Below are positions 49,862 through 58,890 of a stretch of DNA of 64,000 bases, one piece after another. Numbering within the stretch: position 1 is the first letter of the stretch; the number at the start of each line of letters is the position of its first letter. The notes under the pieces are model-generated. The model was not told the origin of the DNA. It ran no database searches and saw only the letters and a program-made list of their open reading frames with translations. Source of the stretch: a bacterium. Lineage in GTDB: Bacteria > Patescibacteriota > CPR2 > UBA1875 > JAJYID01. The stretch is taken from NCBI GenBank assembly GCA_030647205.1, contig JAUSJO010000005.1, forward strand, positions 10,523 through 74,522, given 5' to 3'. A program made the translations under genes and the position numbers.

Positions 49862-50445
49862 TGGGTATAAAGTGGATTAAAAAGCTGGTTAAGCTTGTCA
49901 TAGTTATTGTGGTTTTGGCGGTTATTTTTCTTTTTGGTGCGTCACTGTATCTGTCCCCACAGAGCAAGCTTGAAAAAGCCGATACAATAGTAGTGATTTC
50001 AGGAGGCGATACGGATGCAAGGATAAATGAGGGTGTGGCGCTATACATGGATGGTTTCTCTGATAGAATAATTTTTTCCGGGGCGGCGGCTGAGGGGGAT
50101 ATCTCAAATGCATCGGCAATGAAAAATATTGCGATGAGAAAAGGGGTTCCGGCAAAAGCTATTTTGATAGAAGAAGATTCCAAAACAACCGAAGAAAATG
50201 CCAAGGATGTGGCGAAAATCATAAATAGTAATGGATTTAAAAGCATGATCCTTGTTACATCTCCATACCATCAGAGAAGGGCATATGAGGCGTTCAGAGG
50301 CGCTCTAGGCAAAGACTTTAAGATTATCAACCATAGCGCTAAGGATAGTCAGTGGCGCAAGGCTGACTGGTGGAGTAACTCAGAAGCAAGATTTTTGACG
50401 ATCGGGGAAGTATTGAAAAATCTCTATGCGCTCGTGAATAAATAG
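49858..50445 (+). CDS. DUF218 (YdcF/SanA/ElyC-like) protein
   Basis: N-terminal TM. Segments IVVISGG, IIFSG and LVTSPYHQRRA. ATGA overlap with the cvpA-CAP gene. Confidence 0.7.
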   Translation: MMGIKWIKKLVKLVIVIVVLAVIFLFGASLYLSPQSKLEKADTIVVISGGDTDARINEGVALYMDGFSDRIIFSGAAAEGDISNASAMKNIAMRKGVPAKAILIEEDSKTTEENAKDVAKIINSNGFKSMILVTSPYHQRRAYEAFRGALGKDFKIINHSAKDSQWRKADWWSNSEARFLTIGEVLKNLYALVNK

Positions 50446-50464
50446 ATTTGTTGCATTTGTATAC

Positions 50465-50493
50465 TTGAAAGCCAATTTCTTTGGCGATATAAT
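50465..50493 (+). promoter_or_regulatory. Consensus-like promoter TTGAAA-17-TATAAT upstream of trxA
   Basis: TTGAAA at 50465-50470 and TATAAT at 50488-50493. Confidence 0.6.
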
Positions 50494-50563
50494 GGATTTT
50501 GTCTTTAGGATTTTGGGGGCGAAAAATATTAAATAAAACCCTATACGGGGGAGAAGGAGCAAA

Positions 50564-50884
50564 ATGAGTGAAGTAGTACTGACAGACAAAAACTTTGAAA
50601 GTGAGGTTTTGAAAGGTAACGGTGTGGTTTTGGTTGATTTCTGGGCTCCTTGGTGTGGACCCTGCCGTATGCTGGGGCCAGTCGTAGAGGAACTAGCAAA
50701 AGATTTTGAAGGCAAAGCAAAAGTTGGTAAGGTTAATGTTGATGAAAGCCCCCAAACTGCTGGGCAATATGGTGTAATGAGTATACCGACTATATTGATA
50801 TTTAAAGATGGTAGTCCTGTCGAAACTTTTGTTGGCGTCCAGCCGAAAGAGGTTCTTGCAGACAAGCTGAAATCTTTAATTTAG
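50564..50884 (+). CDS. trxA: Thioredoxin
   Basis: Segments VLVDFWAPWCGPCRMLGP and GVMSIPT. Confidence 0.95.
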   Translation: MSEVVLTDKNFESEVLKGNGVVLVDFWAPWCGPCRMLGPVVEELAKDFEGKAKVGKVNVDESPQTAGQYGVMSIPTILIFKDGSPVETFVGVQPKEVLADKLKSLI

Positions 50885-50890
50885 TATAAA

Positions 50891-51934
50891 ATGAAGAAAA
50901 AAATACTAGTGGCTATGTCGGGAGGGGTGGACTCTTCGGTAGCCGCTTATCTTTTGAAGGAAGAGGGGTATGAAGTTATCGGCGTGACGATGAAGCTTTT
51001 TTGCTACGCGGAAAAAGGCGCTACTTCGAGGTCATGCTGCAGTCTTGAGGCAATAAATGACGCAAAACAGGTGTGCGAAAAACTTGGGATTCCTCATTAT
51101 GTCGTAGACTATGAAAAGGAGTTTGAAAGAGAGGTTATAGAAGATTTTGTTAATGAGTATAAGGGGGGTAGGACACCAAACCCATGTATCCGCTGTAATC
51201 AGCTTATAAAGTTTGAATATTTGCTTAAAAAAGCGCAGGAGTTAGGCTGCGACTTTTTGGCGACGGGGCATTATGCGAGGATTTCTGATGCCAAACTGCT
51301 GAAAGGAATAGATTCTGCCAAGGACCAAACATACTTTCTCTACAGGCTAAACCAAGAACAGTTGTCAAAAATAAAGTTTCCATTAGGGGATCTTAAAAAA
51401 TCAGAGGCAAGAAGTGTTGCAAAAGAAGCAGGATTAAAGATAGCTGAAAAGGCAGATAGTCAGGAAATATGTTTTATTGATACAGATGTGCCGGATTTTC
51501 TGAAAGGTAAAATCGAGGTTAAAGGTGGTGATATCTTGGATAAAGACGGCAAGAAAATTGGCAATCATGAAGGAGTGCCATTTTATACAATTGGCCAGCG
51601 AAAGGGCCTCGGAGGAGGATTTGAGGTACCGATGTATGTGATCGGTGTTGATGTGACTAAAAATACAGTTACAGTTGGCAAAGAGGAGGATTTATACGAA
51701 AAAGAAGCGGCTTTTGATGAAGAAGTCTGGATTTCGGGTGAGCTGCCGATTGGCAAGAAATTAACTGCAGTGATTCGCTACAATATGGAAGAAAAGGAAA
51801 TCGCCAACTTAGAAAAATTAGATGGAAAATACAAAGCCATTTTTAAAGATAATGTTCGGGCGGTAACGCCGGGGCAGTCGATAGTTTTCTACGCAGACAA
51901 TGAGTGCTTAGGCGGGGGTATTATAACTAAATAA
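50891..51934 (+). CDS. mnmA: tRNA-specific 2-thiouridylase
   Basis: N-terminal PP-loop [20 protein letters not shown]. Later segments GHYAR and QTYFL. Confidence 0.85.
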   Translation: MKKKILVAMSGGVDSSVAAYLLKEEGYEVIGVTMKLFCYAEKGATSRSCCSLEAINDAKQVCEKLGIPHYVVDYEKEFEREVIEDFVNEYKGGRTPNPCIRCNQLIKFEYLLKKAQELGCDFLATGHYARISDAKLLKGIDSAKDQTYFLYRLNQEQLSKIKFPLGDLKKSEARSVAKEAGLKIAEKADSQEICFIDTDVPDFLKGKIEVKGGDILDKDGKKIGNHEGVPFYTIGQRKGLGGGFEVPMYVIGVDVTKNTVTVGKEEDLYEKEAAFDEEVWISGELPIGKKLTAVIRYNMEEKEIANLEKLDGKYKAIFKDNVRAVTPGQSIVFYADNECLGGGIITK

Positions 51935-51936
51935 GC

Positions 51937-51965
51937 TTGACTGAGCTGACGTTGTGTGATATCAT
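51937..51965 (+). promoter_or_regulatory. Promoter TTGACT-17-TATCAT
   Basis: TTGACT at 51937-51942 and TATCAT at 51960-51965, directly after the mnmA stop. Confidence 0.5.
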
Positions 51966-52008
51966 TCGTGTCCTTTCGACATAACTTGCACATCTTCTAA
52001 AGGTGGTG

Positions 52009-52299
52009 ATGAAAATGACAGAGGAAGCACTAACAGAGGAAGAGACGCAAGAAGTAGAAGAGCTCTTCGAAAAAGATACATTAGTTGACGACCCCCATCG
52101 AGAGTCCATCAAGTTGGCAACAATTGAACTGGTGAAGATGGCAAAAGATAATATCGCACTTGGTGATCTTGCCAAGACGTCTCAACAGCTTCTCAAGAAC
52201 TTTCGTTTTGAGAACTTGTCTGGGAAGATTGATATCAATCATTATCTACAAACGGTGTGGGGGAGGAGTAACAATGGTGGAGCAAGCAAGAATAAATAA
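52009..52299 (+). CDS. Hypothetical acidic small protein
   Basis: AAAGGTGGTG RBS. Candidate starts are GTG 52003, ATG 52009 and ATG 52015. No recognisable domain. Confidence 0.4.
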   Translation: MKMTEEALTEEETQEVEELFEKDTLVDDPHRESIKLATIELVKMAKDNIALGDLAKTSQQLLKNFRFENLSGKIDINHYLQTVWGRSNNGGASKNK

Positions 52300-52308
52300 G
52301 TCGAAAGA

Positions 52309-52355
52309 AAGGGCATTTGAAATTGAGGTGGTATATCTCAAAGACAAATGCCCTT
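52309..52355 (+). other. Long hairpin (11-bp stem AAGGGCATTTG/CAAATGCCCTT, ~25-nt loop) after the 52009 ORF; no U-tract
   Basis: Read directly from the sequence. It may be a terminator variant or a processing/stability element. Confidence 0.4.
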
Positions 52356-52364
52356 AACCTATGC

Positions 52365-52394
52365 TTGACAATTTTCTTAAATTCGTGCTAAAAT
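52365..52394 (+). promoter_or_regulatory. Promoter TTGACA-18-TAAAAT
   Basis: TTGACA at 52365-52370 and TAAAAT at 52389-52394. Confidence 0.55.
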
Positions 52395-52451
52395 GCGGGT
52401 CCTTTTAGGAGTTTTTAAAAAAACGAATTCACCCCGGAGGAGGTGAGAACC

Positions 52452-52772
52452 TTGGATAACACTGTTGCAATAAAACCGAAAAAGGCAGTTGATAAGTTCT
52501 TCAGTACTAATGAGATAGACCACTATCGTATAGTGGAAATGAAAAAGCGTGTTGTGGAGTTTATCTCCGTCTGCAGACAGGCAGGGGAGTTAGTCAACAG
52601 GGAGCCGAACAGAAAAGCGGAAGTTGTGTCTCACATGGAAACACAAAGAGACAGGTTGTTGCATGATTACTATGGAAACAACGGAAACGGAGAAAAAGCG
52701 CAAGTGAAAGAGTTTCTAAACCAAGTCATCAACAATCGTGGGAGGCTATATGAGATACGGCGAGGCAAATAA
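52452..52772 (+). CDS. Hypothetical 106-aa protein with a probable TTG start
   Basis: GGAGGAGGTGA RBS, 5 nt, then TTG. The ORF-track GTG at 52443 lies inside the RBS. No recognisable domain; the protein is basic and contains YYGNNGNGEKAQ. Confidence 0.45.
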   Translation: MDNTVAIKPKKAVDKFFSTNEIDHYRIVEMKKRVVEFISVCRQAGELVNREPNRKAEVVSHMETQRDRLLHDYYGNNGNGEKAQVKEFLNQVINNRGRLYEIRRGK

Positions 52773-52838
52773 CTCCAAAAAGTAGGGGCGTCTAAGGTGG
52801 TCGTAAAGACTCATCGCGGGTGCCCTTTCTTTTTATAC

Positions 52839-52866
52839 TTGATTCTTATGGCAATTTTGATAAAAT
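52839..52866 (+). promoter_or_regulatory. Promoter TTGATT-16-TAAAAT for the alaS leader
   Basis: TTGATT at 52839-52844 and TAAAAT at 52861-52866. This gives a leader of about 195 nt before alaS. Confidence 0.5.
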
Positions 52867-53003
52867 ATTACTTGGCAAATTTGAAAAAAGTCGCAATCCG
52901 TGGCTTTTTATATTTGAGCACATCGTTTCTGATAAGAAACAGAATGACGATAAATCGTTAGACAACTAGAAAAGGGTTAGTGACGACTAGCCTAAGGAGG
53001 GCA

Positions 53004-53034
53004 AAGGTGGCAAGTAAGTCACCTTGTTCTTTTA
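53004..53034 (+). terminator. Leader terminator/attenuator immediately upstream of alaS
   Basis: AAGGTG-(10 nt)-CACCTT followed by GTTCTTTTA, ending 34 nt before the alaS ATG. GGTGGCA overlaps the 5' arm. Confidence 0.45.
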
Positions 53035-53067
53035 TAAGGGCATTTTTTATAGTAAAATAAGCAGGTA

Positions 53068-54873
53068 ATGACATCAAACGAGTTGCGGCAAAAATTTCTA
53101 GATTTCTTTGAGGAAAAGGGGCATAAGGTTATCCCTTCAGCTTCGCTCGTGCCCGAAAACGACCCCTCGGTACTATTTACAACTGCCGGCATGCATCCTC
53201 TGGTTCCTTATATAATGGGAGAAGCGCATCCTAAGGGTAAGAGATTAACCGATTCACAGAAGTGCATCCGAACAGATGATATCGAAGAAGTTGGTGACAA
53301 AGTTCATCACACTTTCTTTGAAATGCTCGGAAACTGGTCATTCGGCGATTATTTCAAAGAAGATGCCATAAAATATAGCTATGAATTTTTAACAGATAAA
53401 AAATGGCTTGGAATAGATAAAGAAAAATTAGCGGTCACAGTTTTTGAAGGTGACAAAGATGCGCCATTTGACGAAGAATCATATAATATCTGGGTTTCCC
53501 TTGGGATTTCAAAAGGAAGAATTGCAAAGTTAGGCAAGAAAGACAACTGGTGGGGTCCAGCCGGTGAAACCGGTCCATGCGGATCTGACACGGAGATGTT
53601 TTACTGGTCAGGTAAAGAAAAAGCACCCGAGAAGTTTGATCCTGAAGATGAGCGCTGGGTTGAGATTTGGAATGATGTTTTCATGCAGTACAACAAAAAA
53701 GCCGATGGTACCTTTGAGCCATTGAAACAGAAAAATGTTGATACGGGTATGGGCTTAGAAAGAACATTAGCGGTGCTAAATGGGGTAGATGATGACTACC
53801 AGACCGATTTGTTTCTGCCGATAACTCAGAAAGTTGAAGAAATATCAGGCAAGAAGTATGAGGAGAATAAAAAAGAATTTTGTATAATCGCTGATCACTT
53901 GCGGGCGGCAGTTTTTGCCATTGATGACGGGGTTGTGCCTTCAAATAAGCAAGCTGGTTACATTATCCGCCGCTTAATTCGCCGCGCTATTGTAAAAGGG
54001 CATCAGCTGGGAATAAATGAAAACTTTACAGTCGACTTTGTAGATATTGTGGCAAAAATTTACGAAGGCGTTTACAAGTTAGATACAGATACAGTTAAAA
54101 AAGAACTGCAATCCGAGGAAGAAAAGTTTAGAAAGACACTGAAATTAGGATTAAGGATGTTTGAAAAAACCATTGGTGACGCTGTCGGTTTTGGCGTGGT
54201 TGGATCGGCGGTTGTTGGTGAAGAACCAAAGATAACAGGCAAGGAATCTTTTGACTTATATCAAACTTATGGTTTTCCGCTCGAGTTAACTAAAGAAATT
54301 GCTACTGAAAAGGGATTAAAGATAGACGAAAAGGGATTTGAAGAAGAATTCAAAAAGCATCAGGAGCTTTCACGGACGGCTTCTGCAGGGATGTTTAAAG
54401 GAGGCTTGGCTGACAACTCTGAGGCAAGTACAAAGTATCATACCGCAGCACACCTTCTCTTGGCTGGCCTGCAGGATGTCTTGGGGGATCATGTGCATCA
54501 GAGAGGTTCGAATATCACTCCAGAGAGATTGCGGCTCGACTTCTCTCATCCCGATAAACTTACTGATGAAGAGAGAAAAGCGGTAGAGGATTGGGTAAAT
54601 GACAAGATAGAGAAGAAGCTAGAAGTTCACCTTGATGAATGTGATCCGAAGACAGCAAAAAGCAAGGGCGCAGAGGGCGAATTTATCGAAAAATATGGAG
54701 ATAGGGTCAAGGTATATAGCATAGGCGGGGATTTAGATTCAAAAGATGCTATATCAAAGGAGATTTGCGGTGGGCCTCATATAAAAAATACTTCGGAGCT
54801 CGGCCACTTCAGAATCAAGAACGAAACATCGAGTTCCAAGGGCGTGAGAAGAATAAAGGCAGTATTGGAGTAA
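53068..54873 (+). CDS. alaS: Alanyl-tRNA synthetase, compact form (catalytic, tRNA-recognition and editing domains; no C-Ala domain)
   Basis: N-terminal segments FLDFFEEKGH, LFTTAGM, WSFGDYFK and DTGMGLER. The editing domain has HTAAHLL and CGGPH. Only 601 aa. Confidence 0.85.
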   Translation: MTSNELRQKFLDFFEEKGHKVIPSASLVPENDPSVLFTTAGMHPLVPYIMGEAHPKGKRLTDSQKCIRTDDIEEVGDKVHHTFFEMLGNWSFGDYFKEDAIKYSYEFLTDKKWLGIDKEKLAVTVFEGDKDAPFDEESYNIWVSLGISKGRIAKLGKKDNWWGPAGETGPCGSDTEMFYWSGKEKAPEKFDPEDERWVEIWNDVFMQYNKKADGTFEPLKQKNVDTGMGLERTLAVLNGVDDDYQTDLFLPITQKVEEISGKKYEENKKEFCIIADHLRAAVFAIDDGVVPSNKQAGYIIRRLIRRAIVKGHQLGINENFTVDFVDIVAKIYEGVYKLDTDTVKKELQSEEEKFRKTLKLGLRMFEKTIGDAVGFGVVGSAVVGEEPKITGKESFDLYQTYGFPLELTKEIATEKGLKIDEKGFEEEFKKHQELSRTASAGMFKGGLADNSEASTKYHTAAHLLLAGLQDVLGDHVHQRGSNITPERLRLDFSHPDKLTDEERKAVEDWVNDKIEKKLEVHLDECDPKTAKSKGAEGEFIEKYGDRVKVYSIGGDLDSKDAISKEICGGPHIKNTSELGHFRIKNETSSSKGVRRIKAVLE

Positions 54874-54875
54874 AA

Positions 54876-55400
54876 ATGGCACAGGAATATGAAACACAAG
54901 TTCTAGATATCAATGTTCAGGAAATTGAGAGAAAAATTCGAGCACTAGGTGCCAAGGAAGAGTCTGAAATATTACAAAAAAGATGGGTTTACTATATTGA
55001 CGAGGCCAGCTGGATCCGTTTGCGCCAAGTTGGTGAAAAGGCGATGGTTTGCTACAAAAACAGACCCGATGCAAAGATTTCAGGTACAGAAGAAATTGAA
55101 ATAGAGGTAAGCGACTTTGAAGAGGCTGCAAAGATGCTTTCAAAGTTAGGCTTCTACACGGATAAATATTATCAAGAAAACAAAAGAAGGTTATTTTTGA
55201 TTGATGGAGTAGAAGTGAGCATTGATACCTGGCCTCAGATACCGCCTTATCTAGAGATAGAGGCCGAAAGTGAAGAAAAGGTAAACGAAATCTTAAAGAA
55301 ACTTGGTTTGGAAGGTAAAGACGTCGGTCACTTGGGTACCAATAAGATTTATCATAAATATGACATTGATCTTCATTCCATAAAAGAGCTGACTTTTTAG
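54876..55400 (+). CDS. CYTH-domain protein (CyaB/thiamine-triphosphatase-like triphosphate tunnel metalloenzyme)
   Basis: GGAG RBS. The ATG is 2 nt after the alaS stop. Sequence MAQEYETQVLDINVQEIERKIRALGAKE...IRLRQ...EIEIEV...YLEIE. The ORF-track start at 54765 is an extension overlapping alaS. Confidence 0.6.
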   Translation: MAQEYETQVLDINVQEIERKIRALGAKEESEILQKRWVYYIDEASWIRLRQVGEKAMVCYKNRPDAKISGTEEIEIEVSDFEEAAKMLSKLGFYTDKYYQENKRRLFLIDGVEVSIDTWPQIPPYLEIEAESEEKVNEILKKLGLEGKDVGHLGTNKIYHKYDIDLHSIKELTF

Positions 55401-55413
55401 TGAAACGAAAGAT

Positions 55414-55452
55414 ACAAGAAAAAGCCGGGCGTAAACGCCCGGCTTTGGTTTT
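55414..55452. terminator. Bidirectional intrinsic terminator between convergent genes
   Basis: AAAAAGCCGGGCG-TAAA-CGCCCGGCTTTGGTTTT gives a 9-bp GC stem flanked by A- and T-runs. Confidence 0.7.
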
Positions 55453-55458
55453 AAGGTA

Positions 55459-55986
55459 CTAACTGAAAATAGCTTTCACTATTTCCTTTGGTTTTTCCAT
55501 GGCTCCGATCCCTCTGTCGCCGCAGGCAAGGATTGCATGTCGTGGCATGATAACCTTCAGATTTGGCAGAATCTTTAAGGATTCCAGATTTCTCTGAAGG
55601 ATTGGGTTTTCCCACATTTTGGTATTCATCGCCGGAGCGATAAAAATGGGAGTTTCTGCTGGGATAGCTGCCAAAACGGTAGTGGCAAGATCATCAGCGA
55701 TGCCGTTTGCCATTTTGCCGATGAAGTTGTAGGTTGCCGGAGCAACCAGTACCAGGTCGGCCCATTTCGCAAGTTCGATATGTTCAATGTCAGATTTTTC
55801 TGACCCAAACATTTCTGTCTGCGTGGGATGGCCGGAAAGGGCAGAGAATGTGAGCGGGGCGACGAACTGAGTTGCCCCGCGGGTCATTACGACCCGCACA
55901 TCATGTCCCTTTGCTTTTATCCTCCCGACAACTTCACACGATTTATATACGGCGATTCCGCCCGTTACGACAAGTAGCACATTCAT
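55459..55986 (-). CDS. coaC: Phosphopantothenoylcysteine decarboxylase (flavoprotein), stand-alone
   Basis: N-terminus MNVLLVVTGGIAVYK. Later segment PAMN. Confidence 0.8.
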   Translation of the reverse strand: MNVLLVVTGGIAVYKSCEVVGRIKAKGHDVRVVMTRGATQFVAPLTFSALSGHPTQTEMFGSEKSDIEHIELAKWADLVLVAPATYNFIGKMANGIADDLATTVLAAIPAETPIFIAPAMNTKMWENPILQRNLESLKILPNLKVIMPRHAILACGDRGIGAMEKPKEIVKAIFS

Positions 55987-56725
55987 TTTCCTCCCTCCTT
56001 TTTAACTCCCAGTCGATTACATTAAATACTCTCGATGCCAGCAGTTTGCGCTTATCCACGATCTTCATTTCATCAGATCCCAGGATAATCGCCGGCGGGA
56101 TGCCGTTTTGTGATCCATGCAGGTCATTTGCGACAATCAGGTCGGCGCCTGAAGCAACCCGGCTCTTTTCTGCGATGTCAATCAGCTCTTCGTAGGTTCT
56201 ATCCACCTCGAGCTTGAACTTTACAAGGAAGACATCGGGATCCCATTTCTTTACAAAATCAACGATTTTTTCTGTCCGTTCCATAGTGACGGTCAGCTCG
56301 GGCAGATCTGACTTGATCTTGCCGGGGATATTATCTACTTCTTTGAAAAGCCGCATTCCCGGAGCGAGATTCAGGCCACTGTCTTTTACCTCGACGAGCT
56401 GCTTGACATTATGTCCATAGTCGGAGACTGCGGCGGAGTGGATGACAATGTCATATCTTCCGGAAGAAATCTCCTCTTCCATTGCCTTCTTCAGGCCGTC
56501 AAATGTGGTGTAGGGTCGGGCTGACAGGTTGATAACCCTTCTTGCATAGTTGATTCTCGGGTTATACAGAAGGGTCGTTTCAGCACCCATCTCAGCGAAG
56601 TGCTTTGCCATCTTGATGCCGGTATTGCCGGTGAAAATGTTTGTCATTACTCGCACATCATCTATTTTTGTCCATGTGCTACCCGCAGTGATGAGCACTC
56701 TCTTTTTCGTTATGCTTGCTCTCAT
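55943..56725 (-). CDS. coaB: Phosphopantothenate--cysteine ligase, stand-alone
   Basis: Segments VLITAGST.TKIDDVR and AAVSDY. It overlaps coaC by 44 nt. Confidence 0.75.
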   Translation of the reverse strand: MRASITKKRVLITAGSTWTKIDDVRVMTNIFTGNTGIKMAKHFAEMGAETTLLYNPRINYARRVINLSARPYTTFDGLKKAMEEEISSGRYDIVIHSAAVSDYGHNVKQLVEVKDSGLNLAPGMRLFKEVDNIPGKIKSDLPELTVTMERTEKIVDFVKKWDPDVFLVKFKLEVDRTYEELIDIAEKSRVASGADLIVANDLHGSQNGIPPAIILGSDEMKIVDKRKLLASRVFNVIDWELKRREENECATCRNGRNRRI

Positions 56726-57347
56726 GGCTTCTCCTTTCTTGCATGTTATCGATATGCGTGTTGATTCTCTCGAGAACTTCCGGGGTTATAAATCTCGGCT
56801 TAATCTCGAGTTTTTTGTCGATGTTCGCCGACATTTTGCCTTCAGAGATGACAAAGTTGGGTGATTTCTTATAATTCGTTTTGCCATCCCATGGATACGC
56901 CCGGTTGTCGAGCGGATCATGCGGCACGTCACCTTCCAGTGTTCGGTCTCTTGTAGCATCAGTGGCAATCCATTCTCCATTTAGATACACATATGCGAAT
57001 ATGTGAGTTGTAACCGGAGAGATCTTCTCGTAGAAGTCAGGACTGCTTACGTCAAGGAGGGCACTTTTTCGGATCTTCATGGTGCCATAGGCCGCGGGAA
57101 TTCCCGCGGCTCTAAGAATTGCTATCTGGAGGTTTGCTTTGTTGGTACACATACCATATCGCTTATCTAACGTTTCTGAAGCTTTTACGTTCCAGAAATC
57201 GAAGCGATAGGGAACATAGGAGATGAATTTCCAGACATTGACTGCTGTTTTTGTTTCATCCTTTCCCTCGAGCTCTCTGGCTTTTGCCTTGATCTCAGGG
57301 TTTTGGCAGTCGCAATATCTGGTCTTTTCAAGATATTCCGACAACAT
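56679..57347 (-). CDS. Transglutaminase-like cysteine protease family protein
   Basis: Segment RYGMCTNKANLQIAILRAAGIPA carries the Cys. Segments HIFAYVYLNGEWIATDATRD carry the His and Asp. Confidence 0.65.
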   Translation of the reverse strand: MLSEYLEKTRYCDCQNPEIKAKARELEGKDETKTAVNVWKFISYVPYRFDFWNVKASETLDKRYGMCTNKANLQIAILRAAGIPAAYGTMKIRKSALLDVSSPDFYEKISPVTTHIFAYVYLNGEWIATDATRDRTLEGDVPHDPLDNRAYPWDGKTNYKKSPNFVISEGKMSANIDKKLEIKPRFITPEVLERINTHIDNMQERRSHESKHNEKESAHHCG

Positions 57348-57834
57348 AGTTGTCCTCCTCTCCTTTCAGGTATTCGATTACACTTCTTGGTACATACCTC
57401 TTCAGGTCCAGCCCTTTTTCGAGGAGGAATCTGACGGATGTAGAGCTTACATGTATATGATCCTGTTTTGGCGGGATAAAGATATTTGCGATATTTTCGT
57501 CCAGCGCCTGGTTGTTGAAGTGCAGGAATAGTTCGGTCTCGAAGTCAGTGTTTAACCGTACCCCTCTGATCATAGCTGTTGCTCCGTGCTTTCTTGCTAC
57601 GTTGACCGCCAAATCTTCAGAGGCGACTACTTTGACATTTTTGATCCCATACTCTTTGACTGCAGTTTCGATCATTTTCACCCTTTGCTCAGTTTGGAAC
57701 ATTGGTTGCTTATCGGGATTGACCAGAATCGCAACGCATACTTCCGAAAAGAGTTTGGAAACGGTTTCAATAACGTCCATGTGTCCCAAGGTGATGGGAT
57801 CAAATGTCCCCGGGTATAGAGCTGTGGTATTCAT
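57328..57834 (-). CDS. coaD: Phosphopantetheine adenylyltransferase
   Basis: Segments ALYPGTFDPITLGHMDVIE and ISSTSVR. Confidence 0.9.
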   Translation of the reverse strand: MNTTALYPGTFDPITLGHMDVIETVSKLFSEVCVAILVNPDKQPMFQTEQRVKMIETAVKEYGIKNVKVVASEDLAVNVARKHGATAMIRGVRLNTDFETELFLHFNNQALDENIANIFIPPKQDHIHVSSTSVRFLLEKGLDLKRYVPRSVIEYLKGEEDNYVVGIS

Positions 57835-58420
57835 CGTTTTCCTCCTTTATCTTGTTATATAGCTCCATTACGCTTTCTCTCATTTCGGCTAAACTGCCGT
57901 CTGTTCGGATAATGTAGTTCGAGTGTCTTTCCTTGTAACCAATGTCAAACTGATTGTTCAGCCGGTTTATGATTTTTTCATCTGTATAACCCCTCTTGCG
58001 TAGACGGTTTTTTTGTTTTTCTTCGTCGCAGGTGACACAAATTATTTTATCGAAACGACCCTGGCTTTGTGTTTCAAAGATAATGGCGGATTCAATAATG
58101 AAAATGCCATGTTCTTTGCGGGTGATAAGCTCCTCAGTTTTTTCCCAGACGAGAGGATGAACGATCGATTCCATTTGCCTAAGTAGGCGTTTGTTTTTGA
58201 AAACAATTTTTCCGAGCGTTCTCCTGTCGAGTTTACCGTTAACAGTGACTCTTGGACCGAAAACTTGACGGAGCTTTCTCGTTATCTCGGGGCTTTCCAT
58301 AACTTCATGAGCCAACTTGTCCATTTCGACAGTTACTATATCCTCAATTTCTTTGAAGAAAGATAGCGCTGTGCTTTTGCCGCAACCCATGTTGCCGGTT
58401 AGTCCGTAAACTGCTTTCAT
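57800..58420 (-). CDS. coaE: Dephospho-CoA kinase
   Basis: N-terminus MKAVYGLTGNMGCGKST. Confidence 0.85.
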   Translation of the reverse strand: MKAVYGLTGNMGCGKSTALSFFKEIEDIVTVEMDKLAHEVMESPEITRKLRQVFGPRVTVNGKLDRRTLGKIVFKNKRLLRQMESIVHPLVWEKTEELITRKEHGIFIIESAIIFETQSQGRFDKIICVTCDEEKQKNRLRKRGYTDEKIINRLNNQFDIGYKERHSNYIIRTDGSLAEMRESVMELYNKIKEENDEYHSSIPGDI

Positions 58421-58435
58421 CTTTTCCTCCTTTCT

Positions 58436-58834
58436 CTAGAAAAGGAATCTGGCAATCAGCCACAAGAGGAAGAAGTGCATAGTGTTATCAACAACTGTGT
58501 AAACTATGCAGGAGAAACTGAGGTCAATTTCTCGGTATTTTTCCTTGCTTGTGTAGGCTGTTACGAAGTTTCTTCCCTTGATCATGTCCAGCCATTTTGA
58601 CGCCAGACTCCATCTGTCGATAGGGTAGTGGCTCAAAAAAACCAGGGCGAAGATCAGGATGTTGAACTTCCAAAGAAAAGTCATAACTGTGATCGTATAG
58701 ACTGCTGAATGAAAAGCGCATATAAGCGCGCCGTTCAATCCTTTTTCGCCTTTAGCGAGAGCCATCTTCTTTGTCTGAAACATGTAATCGCCGAAAAGAT
58801 GACCCAAGATCAGGCGGATATAGATATCTTCCAT
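58436..58834 (-). CDS. DUF3307-like membrane protein
   Basis: Motif LGHLFGDYMFQT and hydrophobic helices. AGGAG RBS. Confidence 0.5.
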   Translation of the reverse strand: MEDIYIRLILGHLFGDYMFQTKKMALAKGEKGLNGALICAFHSAVYTITVMTFLWKFNILIFALVFLSHYPIDRWSLASKWLDMIKGRNFVTAYTSKEKYREIDLSFSCIVYTVVDNTMHFFLLWLIARFLF

Positions 58835-58890
58835 GGTTTTCTCCTTTCTTTATTTAGTTGTCAAAGTTCATAGGAACATTATCTTTCTTA

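Noticed and set aside
54765-54875. 111-nt 5' extension of the CYTH ORF overlapping alaS (MRWASYKKYF...)
   Set aside because: The extension translates the alaS 3' end out of frame. A GGAG RBS and ATG at 54876 sit directly after the alaS stop.
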